A stretch of 63,572 nucleotides of DNA, counting the filler, from Octopus bimaculoides (Eukaryota): NCBI RefSeq assembly GCF_001194135.2. It is 4 parts of 4 records of this genome, joined end to end, with 100 filler letters (N's around TTAATTAATTAA, not from the genome) between each part and the next. Parts side by side here need not be neighbours in the genome. Positions count along the whole stretch, not along the records: positions 1 to 31,874 come from NC_068981.1; 3 more parts are not named here. One strand, written 5' to 3'. Made by a program: the position numbers and the translations under genes. A model generated the notes under the pieces. The model did no database searches, was not told where the DNA came from, and saw only the letters and a program-made list of their open reading frames with translations. Of this stretch, positions 10,934-21,610 are shown piece after piece. The first letter of the stretch is position 1, and each line of letters starts with the position of its first letter.

Positions 10934-12262
10934 TTACCAGAAGTTATCGCTGTTATAATTATTCGAATCCATCCAACGACCATCGAATTCCATCTGATAA
11001 CCGGACATATCAAAGAACTTTTCAGGATTATCTTGATATCTCTGACTCCAGTTGAAGTTCTGGCTCGGAGAATGATTGCAGTTTTGTTGGTATCTATTAG
11101 AGTGATTGTAGTTACCGGTGAAAGGTTGACAATGACGATCATCCATATCCATCCAATGACCATCGAAATCCATCTGGTAGTTACCCATATCGAAGAGCCT
11201 CTCTGGGTTGTGGAAAGATCTTTGACCCCAATTGAAATTTTGAGGGAGGTTGTGCTGATATCTGCTTTGAAAGTTATTATAGCCATAAAAAGGGTGAGAA
11301 TAACGACCATACATATCCATCCAGCGACCGTCAAAATCCATCTGATAATTGCCAATATCGAAGTTCCTATCTTGGTATCTTTGACCGTAACTGAAACTGT
11401 TATGAGGTTGGCCATGATGCTGTCTTCCTTGGTTGTTGTTATAACCATTGAAAGGCGAGTGACTACGGCCGAACATATCCATCCAGCGACCATCAAAATC
11501 CATCTGGTAGTTGCTCATATCGAAGTATCTTTCTGGGTAGTGGTAATATTTTTGACCCCAATTGTAGTTGTAGTGAGGGTACATGTTATAATTGTATTGT
11601 TTACCATAATAATTGCTATTATCATAGAATGGGTGGCAATGGCGACCGTAGGTATCCATCCATTTTCCATCAAGATCCATCTGATAGTTGCTCATGTCGA
11701 AGAACCTATCTGGGTAGTTAAAGCCTCTTTGACCCCAGTTATAGTTAAAATGTGGGTAATTCTGATGGTGTCTGCTACCATAGTTGCTGAAAGGGCTTGA
11801 ATAACGACCATTTGAATCCATCCAGCGTCCATGCATATCCATTTGGAAGTTGGACATGTCCATTAATTTCTCAGGGTTGTACATATGGTAGTTGTCATAG
11901 TTGTTGTTTGGATAATTCATATGACGTCTGCTATAGGGATTGCAGTGACGACCGTACTTGTCCATATAACGGCCACGCATGTCCATCTGGTACCCAGACA
12001 TATCCATTTGTCTTTCAGGGAAATGCATAAAGCGACCATACTTTTGGAATTTATCATTGTCATAAATGCCAGTGTTTTGCATTGGCCTATATCTATCATA
12101 GTTGGAGTTTCTACCGTAGTAATCATTACACCTAGGCTCGACAAGTCTTCCGGAAGAATCCAAGTATCTTCCTTGGAAATCCATTGTCATTCTTGTCATT
12201 GGTTCCATGACACCCCTGTGTTTTCTGCTGCTATTGCGAAACATATTTCTGGAACGATTCAT
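10934..12262 (-). CDS. reflectin: Reflectin (cephalopod structural-colour protein), 442 aa, single coding exon
   Basis: N-terminal motif MEPMTRMTMDFQGRYLDSSGRLVEP matches the reflectin N-terminal domain. Seven repeats of (P)E/D-R/K-x-(M/F)DMSxYQMD(M/F)xGRWMD start at about aa 82, 130, 184, 243, 297, 353 and 413. Composition is rich in Y/M/R/N/D/G/W, with almost no Ala and little Leu/Ile/Val. ATG at 12262 (context AAGA-ATG), double stop TAA TAA at 10936-10931, no frameshift. Confidence 0.97.
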   Translation of the reverse strand: MNRSRNMFRNSSRKHRGVMEPMTRMTMDFQGRYLDSSGRLVEPRCNDYYGRNSNYDRYRPMQNTGIYDNDKFQKYGRFMHFPERQMDMSGYQMDMRGRYMDKYGRHCNPYSRRHMNYPNNNYDNYHMYNPEKLMDMSNFQMDMHGRWMDSNGRYSSPFSNYGSRHHQNYPHFNYNWGQRGFNYPDRFFDMSNYQMDLDGKWMDTYGRHCHPFYDNSNYYGKQYNYNMYPHYNYNWGQKYYHYPERYFDMSNYQMDFDGRWMDMFGRSHSPFNGYNNNQGRQHHGQPHNSFSYGQRYQDRNFDIGNYQMDFDGRWMDMYGRYSHPFYGYNNFQSRYQHNLPQNFNWGQRSFHNPERLFDMGNYQMDFDGHWMDMDDRHCQPFTGNYNHSNRYQQNCNHSPSQNFNWSQRYQDNPEKFFDMSGYQMEFDGRWMDSNNYNSDNFW

Positions 12263-12280
12263 TCTTGAGAAATTGTCTTA

Positions 12281-12709
12281 CTGAAATATATAGAACATAA
12301 TTATTAATAACCACATGAATTCATATGCTATCATATAAATGTGTCATGTTTATATATGTATGATTTCATATGATTTATAATGTAAAGGAAATAATGGCAG
12401 TCAAGAGTGAAAGTTGTATAACTAACAGCTTTTGTTTCTCAGAATAAGATTTGTCTTCGTATCCTGTCACTGGTAATGCGTCCTGTTCTCAGGCAAAGTA
12501 TTGAGCTTTTAATACTCTTGTCTCTAGTTGAAAGTAGGTATCAAGATAAGGATACATCTATTTATTGGATGAGCAATCCTTCTGTGGTAATGTGAATTAT
12601 TAGGTTTGACTTATTAGTGCTTGACAAGGGTATGAATAATAACATTGCTATTATAGATATAGAATATAGCAAACTCTTCTAAAAGCTATATAATTGAACA
12701 TAGACTCAC
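12281..12709 (-). other. Candidate 5'-UTR intron of reflectin
   Basis: Minus-strand acceptor TTCTATATATTTCAG ends at 12281, 18 nt before the ATG. A GTGAGT donor begins at 12709. Motif-only prediction. Confidence 0.4.
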
Positions 12710-13662
12710 ATATGTCGAGAATAGGGAGATATCTCTCACACTGAAATCATGAAATATAAGACATCAATTCTCATCACGACAATATCGGGAATCTGAAAGA
12801 TCATCATACACATTTTGTAATGAGGATCAGAATTAGAACGGAATCAGATTAAGAGGGACTAAGACGAGGTGTGAAAGTTATTCATTAAGATTATTTTGAA
12901 ACTACATAAGAAATTAAAGCAAGGCAAAACATCTCTTTGATAGATTGAAAAAAAATCTTACAGTATAAGAAGTAAGGTTAGGTCTATGATGGATATCAAA
13001 TTTTTTTTTTTTTTGTCGAAAGGATTGCCCGAGAATTAGATATCCATGAAGGGAAATTAGTCGCAATGGCTGTCCTAAAAAGATTAGAATTTATAATTGA
13101 CTTGAGATGCATAGAGTCAGAGACCAACATCTGCCACAGTCTTGATTCAACGGGAGCTAACTTTTAGCTTTTGGTACTCATCAGCAAAGAAAAAAAGTAG
13201 ATGTATAAAAGAATAGAAAATACCAAAATACTATGAACAGATTTTTAATTTTAGCTAAGACATAGTATAACCTGTGCGTGTTATTTTTAAGACGGAACTG
13301 TTTAACTTATAACACATCTATATGAGAAGAAAAATATTTGCGAATAAAAAAGCAGCAAAAAAGAAAGAAGAGGCGAGAGAGAAAGAGAGGAAGACAGACA
13401 AAAAGAAAACTTTAGTTGTCTCTTTTGAACTGCCTGCTATAGGTTTCGTCAGTGGGCTCTCATATTAAATAGTTTAAGTAATAGAAGTCGTTGCTTGTTT
13501 CGATATACTTATGTCATACTAATACACATCGTGGACAATATACTACTAGTGAATTTAATTCAAAGTTAAAATTTTCAAACATGTATATAAGCTATAAGTG
13601 CACAGAAAAAATAAAACGAAAAAAGAAAGGAAGTGGAACAATGAGAATTTCCTCCAGATGTA

Positions 13663-14150
13663 CAGTTATACTTCACTTCACGAGGACCAGCTTTACGAGA
13701 CCCCGAGATTACGAGTTTTATTTTTCAAGCACATGATCCAAGTTTTGAACGAAGTTCAAAAGTTTCTAGTGCCATAACATATTGCATCTGCGTGATACCG
13801 AGAAATTTATAGTGAGCGAAAACGAGCTTCTTCTAAGCAAACAACTCTAGACTCGTTTTTCAAAAAGAAATCAAAAAGTCCGTCTAGGAGTGCTTGTAAA
13901 TCGGCGATCGCGTCTACAAGTGATGGTCTGCGAGAGTCTAGTGCTAGAGAAAGTGATTTAGAAAGTGACTATAATAATAATACTTTTTATTATAAATGAT
14001 CTTGACCATTTTGTTTACTTTACATAAAATAGTCTTTAAATTCTACTGCTGTTTTATTGCCATTTATTTACGAGTATCATAAATTTTATAGATGAAATAT
14101 TTTTCTGGAAATGAATATTGATTTATATGATTTATATCGAGGCATTACTG
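13663..14150 (+). mobile_element. pogo/Tigger-derived non-autonomous element (MITE), TA-flanked
   Basis: TA|CAGTTATACTTCAC ... TCGAGGCATTACTG|TA. Internal DPSFERSSKVSSAI...YREIYSERKRASSKQTTLDSFFKK is typical of pogo/Tigger transposase C-termini. Confidence 0.75.
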
Positions 14151-14448
14151 TATACCATTGCTCTAAACTTGAATTTTTTTTTCTCTTTCGTATGTATCAT
14201 GACAGGAATGTATGCATTTATGTACGAATTCATACATACATACATACACACATACATACATAATTACATACATGCATACATCTGTATATGTGTGAGCGCG
14301 CGCGTGTATGTCTGACTGTCTGTCTGTCTGTCTGTCTGCCTGTATGTATGTCATTATTCAGTTTATTTCAAGATTTCTTGTCGATAAAGAGCCAGTTTCT
14401 AACCTAGATCCAAGGCTCCTTCATTAGAATTTCAACAATATCAACCGG

Positions 14449-15633
14449 GTATGTATGTATGTATGTATGTATGTATGTATGTATGTATGTTTGTATGTAT
14501 GTTTGTATGTATGTACGTATGTACGTACGTATGCATGTATGTTTGTATGTATGTATGTATGTATGTATGTACGTACGTATGTATGTATGTATGTACGTAT
14601 GTATGTACGTACGTATGTATGTATGTATGTATGTATGTATGTATGTATGTTTGTATGTATGTTTGTATGTATGTNNNNNNNNNNNNNNNNNNNNNNNNNN
14701 NNNNNNNNNNNNNNNNNNNNNNNNNNNNNNNNNNNNNNNNNNNNNNNNNNNNNNNNNNNNNNNNNNNNNNNNNNNNNNNNNNNNNNNNNNNNNNNNNNNN
14801 NNNNNNNNNNNNNNNNNNNNNNNNNNNNNNNNNNNNNNNNNNNNNNNNNNNNNNNNNNNNNNNNNNNNNNNNNNNNNNNNNNNNNNNNNNNNNNNNNNNN
14901 NNNNNNNNNNNNNNNNNNNNNNNNNNNNNNNNNNNNNNNNNNNNNNNNNNNNNNNNNNNNNNNNNNNNNNNNNNNNNNNNNNNNNNNNNNNNNNNNNNNN
15001 NNNNNNNNNNNNNNNNNNNNNNNNNNNNNNNNNNNNNNNNNNNNNNNNNNNNNNNNNNNNNNNNNNNNNNNNNNNNNNNNNNNNNNNNNNNNNNNNNNNN
15101 NNNNNNNNNNNNNNNNNNNNNNNNNNNNNNNNNNNNNNNNNNNNNNNNNNNNNNNNNNNNNNNNNNNNNNNNNNNNNNNNNNNNNNNNNNNNNNNNNNNN
15201 NNNNNNNNNNNNNNNNNNNNNNNNNNNNNNNNNNNNNNNNNNNNNNNNNNNNNNNNNNNNNNNNNNNNNNNNNNNNNNNNNNNNNNNNNNNNNNNNNNNN
15301 NNNNNNNNNNNNNNNNNNNNNNNNNNNNNNNNNNNNNNNNNNNNNNNNNNNNNNNNNNNNNNNNNNNNNNNNNNNNNNNNNNNNNNNNNNTAAAGAGCCA
15401 GTTTCTAACCTAGATCCAAGGCTCCTTCATTAGAATTTCAACAATATCAACCGGGTATGTATGTATGTATGTATGTATGTATGTATGTATGTATGTTTGT
15501 ATGTATGTATGTATGTATGTATGTACGTATGTATGTACGTACGTATGCATGTATGTTTGTATGTATGTATGTATGTATGTACGTACGTGTGTATGTATGT
15601 TTGTATGTATGTATGTATGTATGTATGTATGTA
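14449..15633. repeat. (TATG)n microsatellite arrays around a gap
   Basis: Direct reading. Confidence 0.95.
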
Positions 15634-16002
15634 TGAGTGCAATAATTTGTATATATTATTGCCTGCGTAATTGCATCAGTAGTTGTAAGCGTAGATGTAA
15701 TTATAGTTGTGTGAGAAGTGTTGCGTATGCAACTATATGTGTAGTTGGTTTCTTTGTTTTGTGTGTATAATTGCATGTGTAAAAATGCTTATGACTTTGC
15801 ATGTGTAGGTGTATGTATTATTGCATGTTATTGTATCCGTAGTTTTATCTTTACTATGTGCAAACTGCATGTGTAGCTTATGTTAATGTATATGTAACTA
15901 TAAGTGCATGAGTAAAAATTCATGGACATTTTAACAATCTTAGTGATAAACCTTGCGATGCCTTTTTTCTTTGTTTGTCTAATCTTTGCTTGTCTAATGT
16001 GA

Positions 16003-16325
16003 AGGCACATGGCTTATCGGTTTGGGCATTTGGCTCACAGTCGTAATGTCGTGAGTTCGATTCCTGATGGTTCATTGTGGCCTTGAGCTAGACACTTTAT
16101 TTGACGTTGCTCCAGCCAACTCATTTGATAAAAATGAGTTGTACTTCTAATTCAAAGGACCAGTCTTGTCACATTCTGTGTCACGCTGGATCTCTCTGAG
16201 AACTAATGTTAAGGGTACGCGTATCTGTGGAGTGTCCAGGCACTTGAATATTAATTTCACAAGCAGGTTGTTCCGTTGATCGGATCAAGAAGAACACTCG
16301 CCGTCGTAACACACGGAATGCCAGT
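16003..16325 (+). mobile_element. Family-C tRNA-headed SINE
   Basis: Head GGCACATGGCTTA.CGGTT and B-box GTTCGATTC at 16055-16063. A homologous copy is reversed at 35263-35510. Confidence 0.7.
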
Positions 16326-16800
16326 TATCTATAAAGCCAAGACCTTCTACATACATTACATATATTTACAGTCATTATATACCCTACATTATTAATGACT
16401 ATAATACATGTAACAAAGACTAAATCTATATCTATTCGATATACTTCATAAAGAGTAAGTGTTCAGGAATTTACAAATGAATATTAGATTCAGGGTTTTC
16501 ATATATGATTCAATAATAGTATGTCCACTAATGAATATAAAGTCATCATTATGTTCATAGGATACTGTGGGACCTCTAATTTTAAATTTGACTCAAGGAA
16601 AACATTGATAACAATATATTGAAGATGTTCTCAAACAATTACGATTAACAATTCTAAAAAATGTGTGTGCGTATGTGTGTGTGCGTATGTGTGTGTGCGC
16701 ATACGCATTTGTTTGAGTGCTTGTGCACAAGCATATACAGACGCGTGTATGTATGCATATATTACATATATATACATATATATGTATATATATAAATGTA

Positions 16801-16835
<35 letters not shown>

Positions 16836-17326
16836 NNNNNNNNNNNNNNNNNNNNNNNNNNNNNNNNNNNNNNNNNNNNNNNNNNNNNNNNNNNNNNNNN
16901 NNNNNNNNNNNNNNNNNNNNNNNNNNNNNNNNNNNNNNNNNNNNNNNNNNNNNNNNNNNNNNNNNNNNNNNNNNNNNNNNNNNNNNNNNNNNNNNNNNNN
17001 NNNNNNNNNNNNNNNNNNNNNNNNNNNNNNNNNNNNNNNNNNNNNNNNNNNNNNNNNNNNNNNNNNNNNNNNNNNNNNNNNNNNNNNNNNNNNNNNNNNN
17101 NNNNNNNNNNNNNNNNNNNNNNNNNNNNNNNNNNNNNNNNNNNNNNNNNNNNNNNNNNNNNNNNNNNNNNNNNNNNNNNNNNNNNNNNNNNNNNNNNNNN
17201 NNNNNNNNNNNNNNNNNNNNNNNNNNNNNNNNNNNNNNNNNNNNNNNNNNNNNNNNNNNNNNNNNNNNNNNNNNNNNNNNNNNNNNNNNNNNNNNNNNNN
17301 NNNNNNNNNNNNNNNNNNNNNNNNNN

Positions 17327-17357
<31 letters not shown>

Positions 17358-17898
17358 CATATATACATATGTACATACATATATGTATGTTTGTGTGTTT
17401 AGATGCATGTATATTTGTATGTACGTGCATGATATATATGCATGTATATATGCAGACATAGCTGAGAGATTAAGAAAGCGGCTTTGCAATTTCCAGTCCG
17501 TTACATGGCATCCGGGGCATATGTCTTTAACCATCGCTCACCGAGTCGACCAAAGCCTCGCGTGTGCCAAACTGAGTAAACGAAAACTGCGAATGGCTCT
17601 CTGATGGATTGTACTGATAATTCAAAAGGCTTGTCCTTTCACAAACTGTGTAACGTTAATTTCTTCCGAGGATTATTTTAAGGAAACAAATGTCTGTCGA
17701 ATACACAGTCTTCTCATGAATATTCGGATGCAGGCATTGCTGTAGGTTAAGAAGTACACTTTGCAGCCACATAATTTCGGGTTCAGGCTCACAATACGAC
17801 ACCTTGCGTAAGTGTCTTCTGCTTTAGTCTCGGATCGACTAATGCCTTGTGAGGGAATTTGGCAGAACGGAAACAGTGTGAAAGCCAATCGTCTATAA

Positions 17899-17958
<60 letters not shown>

Positions 17959-18114
17959 GTATATCTTTTATCTATTACTTGTTTCAGTCATTAGACTGCA
18001 GCCATGCTGGAGCACCGTATTCCAGAATTTTTAGTCGAATGAATCAACCCAGTTCTTTTTTTATATGTATTGTATGCATGTATATATATATATATATATA
18101 TGCTTATATGTATG

Positions 18115-18148
<34 letters not shown>

Positions 18149-18309
18149 TGTATGCATGTATGTATGTATGTATGTATGTATGTATGTACATACACAACAT
18201 ATATATNNNNNNNNNNNNNNNNNNNNNNNNNNNNNNNNNNNNNNNNNNNNNNNNNNNNNNNNNNNNNNNNNNNNNNNNNNNNNNNNNNNNNNNNNNNNNN
18301 NNNNNNNNN

Positions 18310-18358
<49 letters not shown>

Positions 18359-19206
18359 TTTTGTGTTTATGTTCCCCACCACTTGACAACAAGTGTTAGT
18401 GTCTTAGCGGTCTTGTAATGTAGCGGTTCGGCAAAAGTAACCGACAGAATAAATACCAAACTTAAAAATAACTAGTTACTGGAGTCGATTTGTTTGACAA
18501 AACCTGTCAAACCGGTGCCCCAGTATACCCACAGTATAGTGACTGAAACAAAAAATAAAAGATAAAATTGTAAACAGGTGAGTTGATCGAACAACTGTAA
18601 TACTCATCCTCGAAACCGACGCAGATCCATCATTTTTTCTTAGAAAACAAATCTGTTCTTCGAAAGATATTTTTATATTGGTTCACCAAATAAAAGGTTT
18701 CAGTAACTAGTCTCTAAGAAATTGCACAGAAAGGAAAGTTAAAAGCATGAACAAATCTTGATGGTATTAAGAAATATTTTACCTTCAGGAAAAATGGTAG
18801 AGACGTTGCTGTTGGTCGGCTTTCAACGGTGAACTCGATTTGTATAAATGCACAGGACGCATTATATACCCGATGAAAAGAGATGCACAATCTGGGTTAC
18901 AACTTAATTTCACTCTCATTAACGCATTTAGAAATATACTTCATTAACAGAGAGGTCAGTATATCAAGTAGAGTTTTGCCCTAATCGACAAACCAAAGCG
19001 ATTTTAGAGGCTCGTCTGTAATTATCATTAAGATTATTTCATGTGACTAATTTACGCATGTAAAATGGTTTAAATCTTTCTTAGAACGGAATGTGCTTTG
19101 GTATTTTTAATAAAAACAATTGAACGTTTCTTTTTTCTCTTTTCTTTTTTCTTTTCAGTTCAGTGGTTATATAATTTTAGAACAGGATTTCGATAATGAG
19201 GAAGGT

Positions 19207-19207
19207 A

Positions 19208-19241
<34 letters not shown>

Positions 19242-19424
19242 GGATGATGACGATGACGACGACGACGACGACCGCGACGACGGCGGCGGCGGCGGCGGCA
19301 GCGGTAGTGGTGGTGCTGGTGAGGATGATGATGGTGCTGGTGATGCTCGTGATGCTGACCGTCATCATTGCCATCCATTAATCATTAATCCCCTATTAAT
19401 CATTAATCATCATTATTATCACCA

Positions 19425-19491
<67 letters not shown>

Positions 19492-19532
19492 CATCATCGC
19501 CGACACGATCACTCAACACCTCCACCATCATA
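19207..19532. repeat. Compound trinucleotide microsatellite (GAT/GAC/GGC/GGT ... CGT/CAT)
   Basis: Direct reading. Confidence 0.95.
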
Positions 19533-19999
19533 ACCGTGTGTACCGCTAACAAATCTCCCGTAAATTCCCCTTCTTGATTCCATCAGTGTCACCCCTACAA
19601 ACATAGTCGCCAGTTACGAAAACTCTTCGAGACCAGCAAGAAAACATTTACGTGGTCGCTCGATCTGCTGAAAAGATTAACCAAATCTCCCCCAAATCAC
19701 ACTCCACACCGTTTTAAAATTGCAAGGACACATGAAATAATGTAGTCCTAGAAACATTGAATAAGAGACTGAATGGTCACGGCTGGAATGTCTTTGACCA
19801 TAAATTGAATCAATCAAAGATGATTTGGGATTAAACAGTAACACCTTGACTACTCCAGTCTCTCTCTCTCTCTCATTCTTAATCTCCCAACAATAACATT
19901 CAGGTCTCTGCAAACACGCTGCAACGCGTGCTACGCCCCAAATACTTTCTCTTTCAATTTTGCAACTACTCACCTGTCGTTCTAATTTCCAACATTTTA

Positions 20000-20740
20000 A
20001 GGGTAATACAACTAATTATTAACAAGCGCCACCTTTCAGTACTTTGAATCTCTCTCCCGCCTCAATAATTACTAATGTGGCTTCCGTTGTGCTAAATCTA
20101 CGAGGGACTTGCTTTTTTACGTCACATACTAATGATCCTTCACCCTTGTAAACTTTAGAAAGGCAATGTAGTTGGACTTGACAGCAACAAAAGGCTTTTC
20201 TTCCAGATCATATCTGGAAGAAAAGCAACCTCACTCGTCTTTCAATCTTTTTGTTCAAAGTATTCCATTAGAATGCCTTTTGCTATTTATTTCTACGTAG
20301 TTCTACGCGACTCACATCCTGTCACTATTGGTGTGTCCTAAGATTCAGTTATCTCCCATCGTTTATTTTCTGCACATTAATGATCCCTTGCTACTACTTC
20401 AAACCTTTCGCACGTAAGCATCATTCACATTGAATCTAAACATATAATACTGATAAGAACAGCGAGGACTTAAAAACAAGTTCAAAAACTCATTTACTAT
20501 ATATTTTAAGAAAAGTCGTTATCAATGCTAGAACTTAGAATCAAAAAGTCGCTATCAATGCTAGAACTTAGAATCTCTTATAACCTTCTTGGTGAACCCA
20601 CAGTTATGCGACAGTGCTGCTATTACACAATCACACAGCCACCACAGACTCACCCTAAAAGACGTTCGTTCCACTGATTGACAATAAAATGTCATTGACA
20701 CAGCAGTCACTGACTCTCAGACATAGTTTCCTCCCTTTAC
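20000..20740 (+). mobile_element. Decayed CR1/Jockey-group LINE RT fragment
   Basis: Traces of VxLDxxK, GV(P)xxSVISP...LHINDxLxTTSN and a later IRLID-like segment. Confidence 0.5.
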
Positions 20741-21189
20741 TTTAGAAATACCCTTTGTGTATTGCAAAATTTGGCTTCACTTGGAACTGCACGCATACTG
20801 CGTAATGTCTGTCTGAGGTCTTTGTTGTGACTTGACAGACAGTACAAGCTCCCGGCACATACAATATCCTCAATCTACAACATCGCAGTATTGGATACTC
20901 TGCGAAGTCTTCAATAATAATAATAATCATAATAATAATAATAATAATGTTCAGTAAACGCTATGGGAACTTTATATCCTAAATATGTTTAAGAACGGAC
21001 ATCAAGATTAAGTATAATTTTAAAACAACTAAGCTGTATTAATATCACTCCAGCTGGTCTCAAAGTGGAAGGAAATCTTTTTGTTACCTCAAAAGGCCGA
21101 CTCTGCTTTTCAACCTTCGAGGTCGACAAAATAAATACCAGTCATGTACTGGGGTCGATTTGATCGACTTGCACTCTTTAAAAACTGCT

Positions 21190-21379
21190 AATTCTAATTG
21201 GGCTCTACTTGCAAGGTCATGATCTGTTTATCTTGATATGAGATCACTATGTCGCGCATATATGGTTGTGATGCATGTGCCTGGTGTACCCTTATAAGAC
21301 GGGTAGTCATAATGGGTATACTGGACTTCGTATATTTTACCCCAGTGTCACTTAGATGGCATGCACTGCTCTCTCACTC
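21190..21379 (+). mobile_element. Non-coding TAA-tailed interspersed repeat (family X), 3' part
   Basis: Aligns by eye with 55790-55973 and 25270-25378. Ends GCACTGCTCTCTCACTC followed by (AAT)n. Confidence 0.8.
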
Positions 21380-21391
21380 AATAATAATAAC

Positions 21392-21451
<60 letters not shown>

Positions 21452-21610
21452 TAGAAGAAGAAGAAGAAGAAGAAGAAGAAGAAGAAGAAGAAGAAGAAGA
21501 TGAGGAAGAAGGAGGAGGAGGAGGAGGAGGGGAGGAGAAGAAGAAGAAGAAGAAGAAGAAGAAGGAGGAGGAGGAGGAGGAGGAGAAGGAGGAGGAGGGG
21601 AGAAGAAGAA
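21380..21610. repeat. (AAT)n-(GAA)n-(GGA)n compound microsatellite
   Basis: Direct reading. Confidence 0.95.

Noticed and set aside
10934-12262. Using this locus as evidence for the proposed bacterial-transposon origin of reflectin
   Set aside because: No TIRs, TSDs or bacterial-like flanks are visible around the ORF, so the window neither supports nor refutes that hypothesis.
10928-12268. Long plus-strand ORFs 10928-11800 (290 aa) and 11885-12268, and minus alternative-frame ORF 10810-11496
   Set aside because: The plus ORFs are in codon register with reflectin. Antisense stops need TTA/CTA/TCA codons, which this Leu-poor protein rarely uses (the break at 11798-11800 is a TCA Ser codon). 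These are shadows of the real gene.
14385-15633. 65-bp unique sequence plus (TATG)n repeated on both sides of a gap
   Set aside because: Most likely an assembly duplication around a collapsed microsatellite. It cannot be supported as a real repeat without reads.
19120-19533. 137-aa ORF with poly-D, poly-G, poly-R and poly-H tracts
   Set aside because: Built from pure trinucleotide microsatellites that are open in several frames, with no ATG start or codon wobble indicating selection.
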